Part shown: positions 1 to 10,960 of the stretch, in pieces
How positions within the stretch are numbered: the stretch's first letter is position 1
Layout: every line of letters starts with the position of its first letter
DNA from: Eledone cirrhosa
Lineage: Eukaryota
DNA: 64,000 nucleotides
Assembly: GCA_964016885.1 (NCBI GenBank)
Contig: OZ024744.1
Coordinates: forward strand, 81,220,001 to 81,284,000
Direction of reading: 5' to 3'
The notes under the pieces: generated by a model
Databases searched by the model: none
The model's input: only the letters and a program-made list of their open reading frames with translations
What the model was told of the DNA's origin: nothing
Program-made: the position numbers and the translations under genes

Positions 1-31
1 CCCCAAGTGCGACACAATGGGACTGAACCTG

Positions 32-72
<41 letters not shown>

Positions 73-74
73 GG

Positions 75-395
75 GTATCAAAGATTCACTCCAGGTAGAG
101 CCACTACTTCTCCAAATTGAGAGATCACAGCTCCAATACTATGGGCATATGATTAGAATATCTCAGGAAAGAATTGCTACACAGATTTTATGGGCAAAAC
201 CAACCGGCAGGAGACCCAGGGGTAGACCCTGAGCAAGATGGTTGGATAACATCCATGAGCTTGGCTGGTCACGCTTGGGCATCCAGCTGGATCAGTTGGA
301 GACAGTTGCTTCTTACAGAACCTATTGGAAGGCATGTTTGAGGACTCTGCCCCAACGACCCTCTCAAGATAAGTGGGCGAAGAAGAAGAAGAAAA
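75..395 (+). mobile_element. 3' end of an RTE-clade LINE (Rex3/Expander-like), (GAA)n tail
   Basis: Translates YGHMIRISQERIA...PTGRRPRGRP*ARWLDNI; related copies at ~16750-16995 and ~47570-47855. Confidence 0.7.
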
Positions 396-485
396 AGGAT
401 ACCCATAGATCAAGGAAAACAATGCTCAATCTATTGCAAGAGAGCTTATTTAGCATAAATAATGTTTCATACACTTAACATGTAT

Positions 486-568
486 ATGCGACCATTGGTT
501 TTGGGGTCCAGTTATGGCCATCACTGTATAATGGAGAAGGCATTCCAAACTGGCCCCTCATCAGGCAC
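486..568 (-). ncRNA. Type I hammerhead ribozyme motif, G12A-degenerate, inside a fold-back element (~455-660)
   Basis: Minus strand: gtgc CTGATGA ggggccagtt...aactggacccc AAAA cc aat gg TC gcat. Stems I-III pair and the triplet is GUC, but GAAA reads AAAA. Confidence 0.7.
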
Positions 569-906
569 TTAGACAAAAATGTTAGGAAGAGCATCTTACA
601 CTATACAGTGGTGGCCAATAATCGCACACACATGTTAAGTGAGTGTATGAAACTATTTATACTATATATCATCATCATCATCACCATTTTACGTCCATTC
701 TTCTACACTAGTTTGGGTTAAACGAGTCGTCCTGCTGTAGGCAATGCAAGGTCAGGTGACTATGTCTTGCTCATACAGAACTGATTCTGGCTTGGCTTCT
801 ACAGCTGGATACCCTTCCTAGCGCCAACCTCATTTACAGTGTGGGCTGGGTGCTTTTTCTCGTGACACCTACACAACTACTTTACAGTGGGAGAGGGAGG
901 GGTCAT

Positions 907-941
<35 letters not shown>

Positions 942-1001
942 GTGTGTGTTAGGTAATTCCAAAGGAAAAAGAGTGCTCTATGTATAGAACAGAGCTATTT
1001 A

Positions 1002-1216
1002 ATTAGAACGTGAACAACACAAAATATAACTACTCCATTACCAAAGGTTTCTGGATCACAGACGATAATAATATAATATACGTCTGGATCGGTCGTCAGA
1101 CAGATCTATAACATCTCTGTCTGACGACCGATCTAGACATATATTATATTATTATCATGTGATCCAGAAACCTTTGGTAATGGAGTAGTTATATTTTGTG
1201 TTGTTCACTTTCTAAT
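1002..1216. mobile_element. ~100-bp-arm fold-back element with a hammerhead-like motif in each arm (Penelope pLTR-like)
   Basis: 1002-1104 is the near reverse complement of 1116-1216. Plus arm reads ctctgt CTGACGA ccgatc...gatcca GAAA cc ttt gg TA atggag. Flanked by (TA)/(TG) repeats. Confidence 0.7.
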
Positions 1217-1217
1217 A

Positions 1218-1293
<76 letters not shown>

Positions 1294-1297
<4 letters not shown>

Positions 1298-1633
1298 GCA
1301 CATGGCTTAGTGGTTAGAGCATTGGCCTTGCAATCGAAAGGTTGTGAGTTCAATTCTCAGACCGGGTGATGTGTTGTTTCCTTGAGCAAGACACTTTATT
1401 TCACATTGCTCCAGTTTACTCAGCTGTAGAAATGAGATGATAGGGACTGGGGTCCCTATCATTCCACTGCAAAGTGGTCGTGGAGGTGCCACGGCAAAAA
1501 AGCACCCAGCACTCACTGTAAATGAGGTTGGTGTTAGGAAGGGCATCCAGCTGTAGAAATAAAGCCAGAATCAGTTCCCATCCCACCCTTGCAAGCAGGG
1601 AAAAGCGGACGTAAAATGAAATGATGATGATGA
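1294..1633 (+). mobile_element. tRNA-derived SINE with RTE-type 3' tail (family A)
   Basis: A box TGGCTTAGTGG, B box GAGTTCAATTC, and a tail cccacccttgcaagcagggaaaag...(ATG)n shared with RTE 3' ends; near-identical to 45157-45499. Confidence 0.9.
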
Positions 1634-1672
1634 TATATATATATATATTACATATTATAACTACTTGTTAGA

Positions 1673-1704
<32 letters not shown>

Positions 1705-1825
1705 GTTTCTACATTCTCCATTTCCTTCTGCAAACAGTCCATGAGGGACATTCCTCTCCAAGGACATTCTTTGCCTTGCATCGCTCCTCTCTCTTTCTCT
1801 CCATATATATATTTATATATACACA

Positions 1826-1895
1826 CAGGTGTCCCAAAATGTATATACACTTCAACAGCAAAGTAATCATAGTGTGTATACATTTTTGGGACACA
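1826..1895. mobile_element. Miniature Tc1-like inverted-repeat element
   Basis: gtgtcccaaaatgtatatacact ... agtgtgtatacatttttgggacac. Confidence 0.5.
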
Positions 1896-1902
1896 TTTTT
1901 CA

Positions 1903-2495
1903 AATGCAGGTAGGATCTTTAGAAGTGGTTGATAGCTTCCGATACCTAGGGTGCTCCAAGGCCATAGTATCTAGAATAAGGACGGGTTGGAAGAAGTTTA
2001 GGGAGCTGCTTCCTCTGTTGACAAAAAAGGGTTTCTCCCTACAAATGAAAGGCTGGTTATATGATGCCTGTGTGAGATGCGCAATGCTGCATGGTAGTGA
2101 GACATGGGAAGCAACTGTAGAGGATATGCGACGGCTGGAGAGAAATGAAGCAGGCATACTCCGTTGGTGTGCAATGTCAATGTGCGTGAATGACCAAGCA
2201 TAGAGTTGAGAGTGAAGCTGTGTATTAGAGGGATAAACTGTAGTGTGTGGGAAAGAATACTGCGTTAGTATGGACATGTGATGCGCATGGAGGATGACCG
2301 CTGGGTAAACAAGTGCTAAGAAATCCCAGTGGAAAGAAGACGCAGTAGAGGAAGACCACGAAAATCATGGGCGGAAGTCGCTGAAGCTCACGGTGGAGAT
2401 GACGAAGGCAAGATGATGAATGGATCTGTGCTGAATAGGACCTGTCCCACCCTTGCAAGCAGGGAAAAGTGGACGTAAAATGATGATGATGATAA
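1903..2495 (+). mobile_element. 5'-truncated RTE LINE 3' end
   Basis: VVDSFRYLG...KKFRELLPLL...LYDACVRCAMLHGSETW; (ATG)n tail. Confidence 0.9.
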
Positions 2496-2622
2496 TATAT
2501 ATATATAGGGAGAGATAGATAGATAGATAGATAGATCCCCACATATATACAGTAGACCAACAAGGAATAATGTTGAATAAAATAAAAATATGGAAAAAAA
2601 ATTCAAAACAGCAGCTGTTACA

Positions 2623-2628
2623 TTTATT
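2623..2628 (-). promoter_or_regulatory. Candidate polyadenylation signal AATAAA for a read-through WDR20 isoform
   Basis: TTTATT on the plus strand, ~110 nt downstream of the in-frame TAA at 2739-2741. The AT-rich context weakens this. Confidence 0.35.
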
Positions 2629-2747
2629 ATAGAGTGGTAGTGATAGTGGTAAAATATGGTAATTCTATGTTACAACTTTCTCAAAATAAGTTGAGAGAAA
2701 TACTTAATCACTTTGTCACACGAGAAAGAACAATTAAGTTAACTTAC

Positions 2748-4001
2748 CACTTTTCCTGGTCGAGCCCATGTGTAAACAAAACCTTCCTGACATGCAGTAA
2801 CAATGCATTCTTCTCTAAAAACTAAAGCTGTTAGTCGCTCATGTGCTATTTTTTTAAATATAAGAGGTTCCAACATAGGGATTTCATCTAAGCGTGGACA
2901 AGCTGGAGTTCCAAGTAACTTTAAAGACTCATCAATAGGCCGAACATTGGTTTTCAATATGCTCACCTTTTCACTGCTTCTACCAGCTAAACTTAAATTT
3001 CTTTTATGTTCCTTTTTTTCATGATCCTTATCTTTTCTATCTCCAAGAGACAATGTGGCAAATTTAGCGGTGATATTCACAGATGCATTTGGCAGAGAAT
3101 TTCCATCAACAACTGGTACTTGTGTGTTCAAGGAATTAGATTTTTGAGAATTTGGTAGACTATTACAACGGGACATATAGTTAAATGCATTTGGTCCAAT
3201 AATGGTGCTTGTCCTTGTACGACCTACAGGTTGCTTAAGAACATCTTCTGTCAAGTCCCATAGGCATAAAAATGTATCCTGGCCAACAGAACCAAAACGG
3301 TATGATGTAAAATTTGTTGTCCGAATGTCTGAAAAACTTTTATTTGACCCAGTCCTTGATCGATTTAACATACTAGATTCATGAACAGAGTTTTCACTTT
3401 TCCCTTCATGGTTGTGTAATGTCCCACAGTGAAAGTCTTCATCACTACCACTAAAATCACAGCCTTCTGTATCAGAAAAATTTGATGTGTAAGGATCAAA
3501 GGCTACAACATTAACCCATGACCGATGTCCTTCTCCTCTACAGATTACTTTTTTTTCATGAAATGACCAGACAGTAACTAAATCATCCTCACCACCAGTA
3601 ACAAGATATTTGCCATCAGGGGACCAACATACACAAAGAAGTCCACCAAAATAGCTTTTCATAGATCCAACCAAGTCCATGGAATCATAGTTGAATACTC
3701 TAAGATACCCATCCTGTCCTACAACAGCTAAGAATCGAGAACAAGGAGAGAAAGCAAACTCATTGATAGCACCTTGTCCAACCAACCAGCGATATAGTGG
3801 ATTCCGAGTACTTTTGGTTTTACATGTGTGTATAGAATATCCATCTCCCTGTTTGAAAAGCTGGTAGTGTGGTGGTGCTCCACAACATGGGAGCTCTTCA
3901 TTGTATACATATATCTGTCCACTTGCATGTGAAACTAGAAACTGGTTTCGAGATCCTGGAATCCATTTAATACAAGTAACTTTGCTTTTATCTATTAATC
4001 T
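2748..4001 (-). CDS. WDR20: WD repeat-containing protein 20 (WDR20/DMWD family), large coding exon, 418 codons
   Basis: Minus-strand acceptor TTTCAG at 4002, then RLIDKSKVTCIKW...KTKSTRNPL...GSMKSYFGGLLCVCWSPDGKYLVTGGEDDLVTVWSF...YRFGSVGQDT...CPRLDEIPMLEPLIFKKIAHERLTAL...TWARPGKV, followed by donor GTAAGT at 2747. Motifs recognised from vertebrate WDR20. Confidence 0.95.
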
Positions 4002-5477
4002 CTGAAATAAATAAAGAGAAATAATATTAAAATAAAGTAAGCCAAAAATAAGAGAAAAAAAAACAAAAAAAAAAACTTCAAACCCACCAAACAACAAATA
4101 CTTCAAAATTAAACAAAATAAAATGAAAAATTATGTTATTTATTGGAAAGAAAAAAACAAAATCTAAAATAAGTGTATAAGTAAAATTGTTGATGAATTT
4201 CTTTTTTTGGGGGGGTTCCTCTATTAATGTAACAAAAAAAAAAAAAGGAAACATGAAATTTATTTTAATCAAGGCAAGGCAGAAGTTCCTTAGAAAATGT
4301 TTAAAGGTGAAAGCTAAATGGAGAGATTTTTCACTAATATGTATTGCTAATAATTAAACAATTATTTTAAAAATAAAAGAAACTTGTTGAGGAATGTAAG
4401 TTGTAAAATCTGAAATTTAGAGGCAGTGAATTGGCAAAGTTGTTAGAATGTCGGCTGGAATGCTTTGTGGTATTAGTTCTGGCTTTCTGCACTATTGGAT
4501 TTCAAATCCTGCCGCAGTCAACTTTGCCTTTCATCCTTTTGAGGTCGATAAAGTACCAGCCCAAAAGTGGGGTTGATTTTTTTTTATCTATATCTTTTTC
4601 TTACTTCATCTCTCTCTCACTCCTACTCCTTCATAGGAAGAAATCCACTGTATTTAAACCTTGAGAAGAGATGGGCTCCGCCAGGTTTAAAATGCTAAAG
4701 ACACGCAGTATGTCATGACGGTGCCACATGACTCCATCAGGAGTTATATAGGAGTCCATGAAAAAATAAATTTGATTTTTGCTTGAATAGAAAACTGTAC
4801 AAAAACTTGGTTTACTCCTGTAGCCATAAAAGTGTCTCTTTTAACATTCACTGTCTTCATCTGGTGGTTTTAAAACTAAAGGACATGTAGGTTAGTATAA
4901 AAAAAAATTACCGAGGGAAAGAAATTTGGATATAATATACATTTAAAAAAAAAATATTCCATAATCATTTATATTCCAGATATTGCCCTTTGGTAAACTG
5001 AAAAAGAGGTTACTTACCCTTGAAAACCCCCCAAAACAATTTCATAGTTATGTTGACCAGTGCCAAATCAGAACTTTACACTTTCCAATGAGAGTTGCCA
5101 ACACTCCATTGTATGTAATCAATGAAAACATCAACACTTTCAGACATATCAATGAAAATTATTAAATGACAAACCAAATATTTTTCTTTTAACATCTCAG
5201 ACATGCACATTTGATGCTATTGTAAATTTATTTAATACACAACAAAATAACCAAACCTTGCTTCAAAAATAAAGAAAAAAACATGTGCATATGGATTCAA
5301 TAACGAATGTGTGTACACACACACATTTGTCTTATCATTGTCTCTAATGTCTGTTGTTTTCATATAATACTAATCTGGGCTAATCTGGTTTTCATATAAT
5401 ACTAATCTGTAAACTTGAATGTTCTTTTTCAAATTTTAACTTAACCACTTCTCTCCCATGTATTTCTTAGTCTATTT

Positions 5478-5640
5478 CAGGGTTTCCCAAACTTTTTCAA
5501 ATGCAGAACACTTTTTGGTTCAGAAACTTTTGAGGGAACTCCAAAGTCTTGTTATATGGTCATAATATAAATATACTCCTCTACTTTTTTTCACAGAACC
5601 CCCAGACATTGCTTTGTGGAACCCACTTTGGGAACCACAC
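5478..5640. mobile_element. hAT (Charlie/MER5-like) MITE
   Basis: Termini cagggtttcccaaac ... ctttgggaaccac. Confidence 0.55.
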
Positions 5641-6041
5641 ATGAAACATAAACATAGGAATCATCTTTATTATATGACTATACTAACACAATCATCTCTT
5701 CCTAATTGTTGATTATTTTCAAAATGATTTGCAAATCATGGGCAGTGATACTTTTTATTATTTTTAAAAGAAATTTAGTATTAAAAGGGTCAAACTTAAC
5801 CAACACACTATCCATGTACAGTACAATCACTTCTGACAGTACCTTATATATATTCCAGCTAAAACTACTTTAAATGAAGTCATATCCCTAACATTTTGGA
5901 GTTTCTGTAACTCCTGCTACTACATGATACCTTGAGTATGTTTACATTCATACCTTTTGATTTAAGGTCACTTTTGTAATTTAATGACCAAGTCATGAAA
6001 AGAACTGAACATAAAATTCTTGACTATGTGTTGTGTTCATT

Positions 6042-7060
6042 CATCATCATCATCGTTTTACGTCCGTTCTTCCATGCTAGCATGGGTTAGATGGGTTGCC
6101 CTGTTGTGAGCAGTGTCTGGTCGGCTGACCATGCCTTGCTCATACAGGAACTGATTTTGGCTTGATTTCTACAGCTGGATGCCCTTCCTAACACCAACCT
6201 CATTTACAGTGTGGGCTAGGTGCTTTTTTGCCGTGGCACCTCCACGACCACTTTGCAGTGGGAGGGTGTGGGGACATATTGTCTATATGCTTCAGCTTGT
6301 ACCCATGGGAAGTCGGGTACTCTGTATTACTGCGTGACGCCAGAGGTCACGGTCATGTGTCATCGCCTTTGAGAGGTGTAATTTGGTAAGGTCGGCTTTT
6401 ATCACCTCATCCCAGGTCTTCTTGGGTCTCCCCACTCCGCGGTTTCCATTGACTTCTAGTGCTCTGCACCTTTTTATGCAGCTGTCATCCTTCATACGCA
6501 TGACATGTCCATACCGATGCAACCACCTCTCCTGCACACAGCATTTGATTCCTCTTATGCTCAGTCTCTCCCTCAATTCATTTATGCTTTGCTGTTCGCT
6601 TATATTACTATTACACATCCATCAGAGCATGCAGGCTTCGTTTCTTTCTAATCTACGTAAGTCTTCCACCTTCAGCGCCCAGGTCTCACTACCATGTAAC
6701 ATTGCTGTTCATATACACACATCATACAGTCTGCCTTTCATTTTGAGGGAGAAGCCTTTTGCAGCTAGCCGTGGAAGTAGTTCCCTGAACTTCTTCCATC
6801 CCGTTCTTACCCTAGTTATTGTACTTTCTGAACACCCATCTCCGCTGCTAATTCGGTCACCTAGGTAGCAGAAGCTGTCTACTGTTTCTACAGAGCCCTC
6901 CCAGAGATTGGTGGTACTTGTTTCCTGCGGCTGTTTGCTGCTTGCTGTCCCAGCACAGCTGCTACATGTGAAGCCTACATTCTTAATTAAGCTTCCTGAG
7001 ATCCCGCTACATCTCTTGTGTACCCATTGTTTGCATTTGGGGCAGAGAATGGAGTTGGGT
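6042..7060 (-). mobile_element. RTE LINE 3' fragment with (ATG)n tail
   Basis: SILCPKCKQWVHKRCSG, KKFRELLP, WLHRYGHVMRM, GRPKKTW. Confidence 0.9.
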
Positions 7061-7623
7061 TAAATAGTTCAGCTAGAGCAGAAAAACTCAAGCATTGGAA
7101 AAGCAAGTATCAAATTGACATTTTGATATATATCAGGATGGCTCACAAATTGCCCTTGTTTCTATAGAAACAGAACCAACCATTTTAAGGGATTTCGATT
7201 TAAATTTAAATTCTGCCAATACATTTTTATATTTAAAAAAATCATATGTTAAGTTACTATCTTAGTAACAAAATAATTATAATAATTTTAGTAAATTCTT
7301 TATGAATTAATTGAAATAGAGTAAATTTCATAAGAAATATGGCCACAAAAGGGTTAAATCCTATTATATGAATCTCATAGTTTAGTTGAGATGATTGACT
7401 CATCTCATTGGTAAAATGTCTTTGTATTTTGGCAAAAAAAAAAAAAAAAATTCTATATATTATTCTACACAGTATTAAATTGGTCCTGAAGGAGATCAAT
7501 AAATGAGTTTTACTATGAATGTGTCATAACTGAATCCAAGGCTTAAATTCTTCAGTGATGCAATCCTGCTGGTAATAATGAACAAATAAAGGAGTCTTAA
7601 AAAGCATTTTATCTAGAAATATA

Positions 7624-7819
7624 CAAGGATGGGCTGAAAAGTTCATAGGTTGACTATGAAGGAGTGATTCTAGACTTATGAAATTTTGCATGCATAAATT
7701 TCAACTCTTCTTATTAATAACTGTATTGTTTCTTTCCAGGGACTATGTTAAAATAAACCTCATTTAGTTATTCCATGAGAGTATCTTGGTCAGCATATGA
7801 ATTTTTCAATCGACCCTCA
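7624..7819. mobile_element. Mariner-type MITE
   Basis: TA-flanked imperfect TIRs caaggatgggctgaaaagttcata / tatgaatttttcaatcgaccctca. Confidence 0.55.
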
Positions 7820-8299
7820 TACCTAGAGATATAACTCACAACTCCTAAGTTGTAAATTGGCCTTAATCAATTATTTGCGGTGTTTGTAGTGATTGAAATT
7901 ATATTGTATTTCTAACAATGTGAGAAAATTATATAACAAAATGACAAGATGTCAAAATATCAAATTAATTCAATACAATAGAGGTTTTGTTCCTGATTTA
8001 GGCTTTAACCCTTTAACATTTACATTACTTTATATATACTATTATATTTTTGCAGTAAAGGCTTTATCTCACGTGATTATCTCACATAATATTAAATCTA
8101 TGAGATTTTGATATTTATTTTGAGAACAATACCTTAACATCAGTATGAGTGGCTGGATACAGCCAATTTAAATGCTGAAGTGTTATGATGATAGAATCAA
8201 ATTAATTTAAAAGGTTTCGTTGCTGATTTAGATATTTAAACAGACTGATAGAGACATATACAGGCAGGTAAACTGACAGATAAATAGACAAACAGATAG

Positions 8300-8895
8300 A
8301 TATGTTTCTTTATTAGCCACAGGGGCACAAAGAAGGGGACAAATACAAAGGGGGAAGTTTACATACAATAAAAACGTGTTAAATAGACAGACAGATAGAT
8401 AGATAAGTAGATAAATAGATATCTGTCTTTATTTGCCACAAGGGTGTACAAGGATTGGGACATTACAAGGCGTGACAGTGGGGGTTTTACATAAAAATCT
8501 TTAACATTAATCAATAACAATAAACTATATATTAAAATAAAATAATCGAAATCTCCAATAGGGGGGAACGCTACTATGGGGTTGTTTTACACCCCGTAGA
8601 TAGAACAACCCTCAACACCAGTAGCATGTTTTGTAGGTGTTCCCGTCTTCTCTCTTTTGTCTTCCTCAACCTACAGGTTTATATACAGAAGGCCCATTCA
8701 CTCAGGCCATTTTCGCCACATTCATCCACCTTTCAGCGAATTTACTGGGGTGTAGCACCTCTCTTTCCATTCTCACCGTCCTTCTGAAGTGGCATTTAAA
8801 GAAGGGGATGAGTTGTTGTCCGGAGAGGAAGGTGTTTGTTCTCAGTCGTTTCATCCTTGTCCACTATATTACCTCTTTCGCCATAGCCACCAGAT
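8300..8895 (-). mobile_element. L1/Tx1-like LINE 3' end
   Basis: Minus strand WTRMKRL...LIPFFKCHFRRTVRMEREVL...FAERW, then a 3' UTR ending GGCAAATAAA/GGCTAATAAA within (AGAT)n repeats. Confidence 0.5.
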
Positions 8896-9104
8896 AGACA
8901 GATGGATAGATAGACAAATAGATAGATAGACAGACAAACAAATAGATAGAGAGATAAACAATGCAATAGTGTAGTAAGGTGAATAGGTGAAACTAAGTTA
9001 AACAGAATCAACTAACAAATAAATGTAGACTTTGAACCTTGTTACTGAATAGCTTGAGATACATCAACACATTATGTCTAATCAATTAAGTAGATTTACT
9101 TCAT

Positions 9105-10960
9105 ATCATCATCATCATCATCTTCGTTTAACGTCCATTTTCCACGCTAGCATAGGAGTTGTCCCACTTGAGGCAAGGCTGGTCGGGTGACCGTGTCTTG
9201 CTCATATAGGACTATCTGGCTCTGTCAAAAGCTTTCTCCAGGTCTACAAAAACTAAGTAGCGGGGTTTACTTTTAGCTAGGTACTTCTCTTATAGTTGTC
9301 GTACAAGGAAAAGAGCATCTGTGGTACTTTTACCTGACACAATCCCAAACTGCATTTCATCTAGTTCAATTCGCTCTCTGATTAGTTGTGACCTTCATGA
9401 CCTGGTCAACTAACTTAATGCCTCTATAGTTTCCCCTATCTAGCGCATCCCCTTGTAGCAGTCAATGATGATGCTGCTACGCCAGTCTTTCGGTATGACT
9501 CCATTCTGTATTACTTGGTTAACTATACAGGTGACCATAGTGTGTCCCACCATACCAGATGCCTTCAAACATCTCAGCAACTATCTCCGAAGGCCCAGCT
9601 GCCTTGCCTGTCTTCATAGGGGCAGACTATTTTTTTCCCATTTATTCTCCTCATTTAATAGTCTCTCGTAGTGACAGTATCAGTGAGCGCAAGTACACCA
9701 TTATCATTATGGACACACTTCTCCCCGACAATATCACAGTTTTCCTTGACACATTGTCTAGCAATCCTGAACACCTCCCGTTGTAGAACATGCTTGAACT
9801 TTCTATCCTCTGCTACCCTTTTTGCAAGGTACACTTGTCTCCTAGCTTCTCTCCTGGCCACTTGATAGTGCTCTCTACTTCCCCCATCCTGCCATACTTT
9901 CCAAGCCTGCTTTTTGGCCTTGATTGTCTCTTCCACCTTACTGTTTCATCACCAAGTTACTCTCCTCCTGCCAATAGGTCTGCTCCAGCCACAGATTTCA
10001 TCCGTTGCTTTCAGCAGGTTCACTTTCAAGAATTGACACTGTTCCTCTATATTGCACGTCTCTAATTGCTCTTCCTTATTGTCAAAGGCATTAAGTAATA
10101 AGCTTTTAAATTTGTCACTGGCTATGGGGTCCTTCAACTTCCATATTCTTCTCCTCAAGGTAGGCCTCCTCTGTCGTCGAGTACGTCTGTTCCCGACTAT
10201 GAGGTCACTAACTACTAGGCTATGTTGGGAGGTGCATTCTTCACGGGGGAGGGATTTAGTGTTTACAACAGACATTTTGTCCCGTCTTCTAGTAAGGATA
10301 TATTCTATCTGGCTGGCGTGTTCCCCTGATCTATAGGTGATCAAGTGGTTTTCATGTTTTTTGAAGTTTGTGTTACAGATAGTTAGGCTATTTGCGTCAC
10401 AGAATTCCAGGATTCTGAAGGCCTCCTCATTTCTATTTCCAACCCCATAGCCTCCATGGATTCCATCATAGCCAGCACTATGTTGTCCAACATGACTGTT
10501 TAGATCGCCAGCAATAATTAAGTAGTCACTGTCAGTTATTTGGGAGGTAGTGTGCAATAGCATCTCATAGAACCTGTCCTTTATAACATCAGGTAGACCA
10601 GATTGGGGTGCATAAGCAGATATTATTGTCACAGTAGTTCTATTTAGAACTAGTCTTATTTTAATTATTCTGTCATTCACTCTATTTACGTCAATTACCT
10701 TATCTACCCATTTTTCAGCTAACATAATTCCTACACCACCCTGTCCGTTGTCATTTCCCACCCAGAAAAGTTTATAGCATCGTTTTTTACCCACGATGAA
10801 TCTGGCAGACCCCGCTCTCCACCTGTCTCTTGAATACAACAAACATCAACTTCTTTATGTCCAAGCATCTCTACAACCTCATTTGAGCGACCTTTCAATG
10901 TGCCTACATTCATGGTACCAACTCTGAAGTTGGGAGGGTGGGATGGAAGGGTTGGAGGGC
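9105..10960 (-). mobile_element. Internally deleted RTE LINE (APE endonuclease to RT start, fused to 3' tail)
   Basis: VGTMNVGTL, IQET, GVGIML, ISAYAPQ, IIAGDLNSHVG, SQHSLVV, then YLVFVDLEKAFDR joined directly to the tail at ~9220. Confidence 0.92.

Noticed and set aside
1294-1375. tRNA gene
   Set aside because: It continues into a SINE body and RTE tail, lacks a good acceptor stem, and occurs in multiple copies.
4002-4106. N-terminal hydrophobic extension of the 455-aa ORF
   Set aside because: It is the intronic polypyrimidine tract upstream of the AG acceptor.
7490-7565. Minus-strand CTGAAGA followed by a hairpin as a hammerhead
   Set aside because: No correctly placed GAAA, stem III or stem I.
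9949-10842. 297-aa ORF as a host nuclease gene or an active LINE
   Set aside because: It is an RTE endonuclease with flanking frameshifts and a deleted RT.
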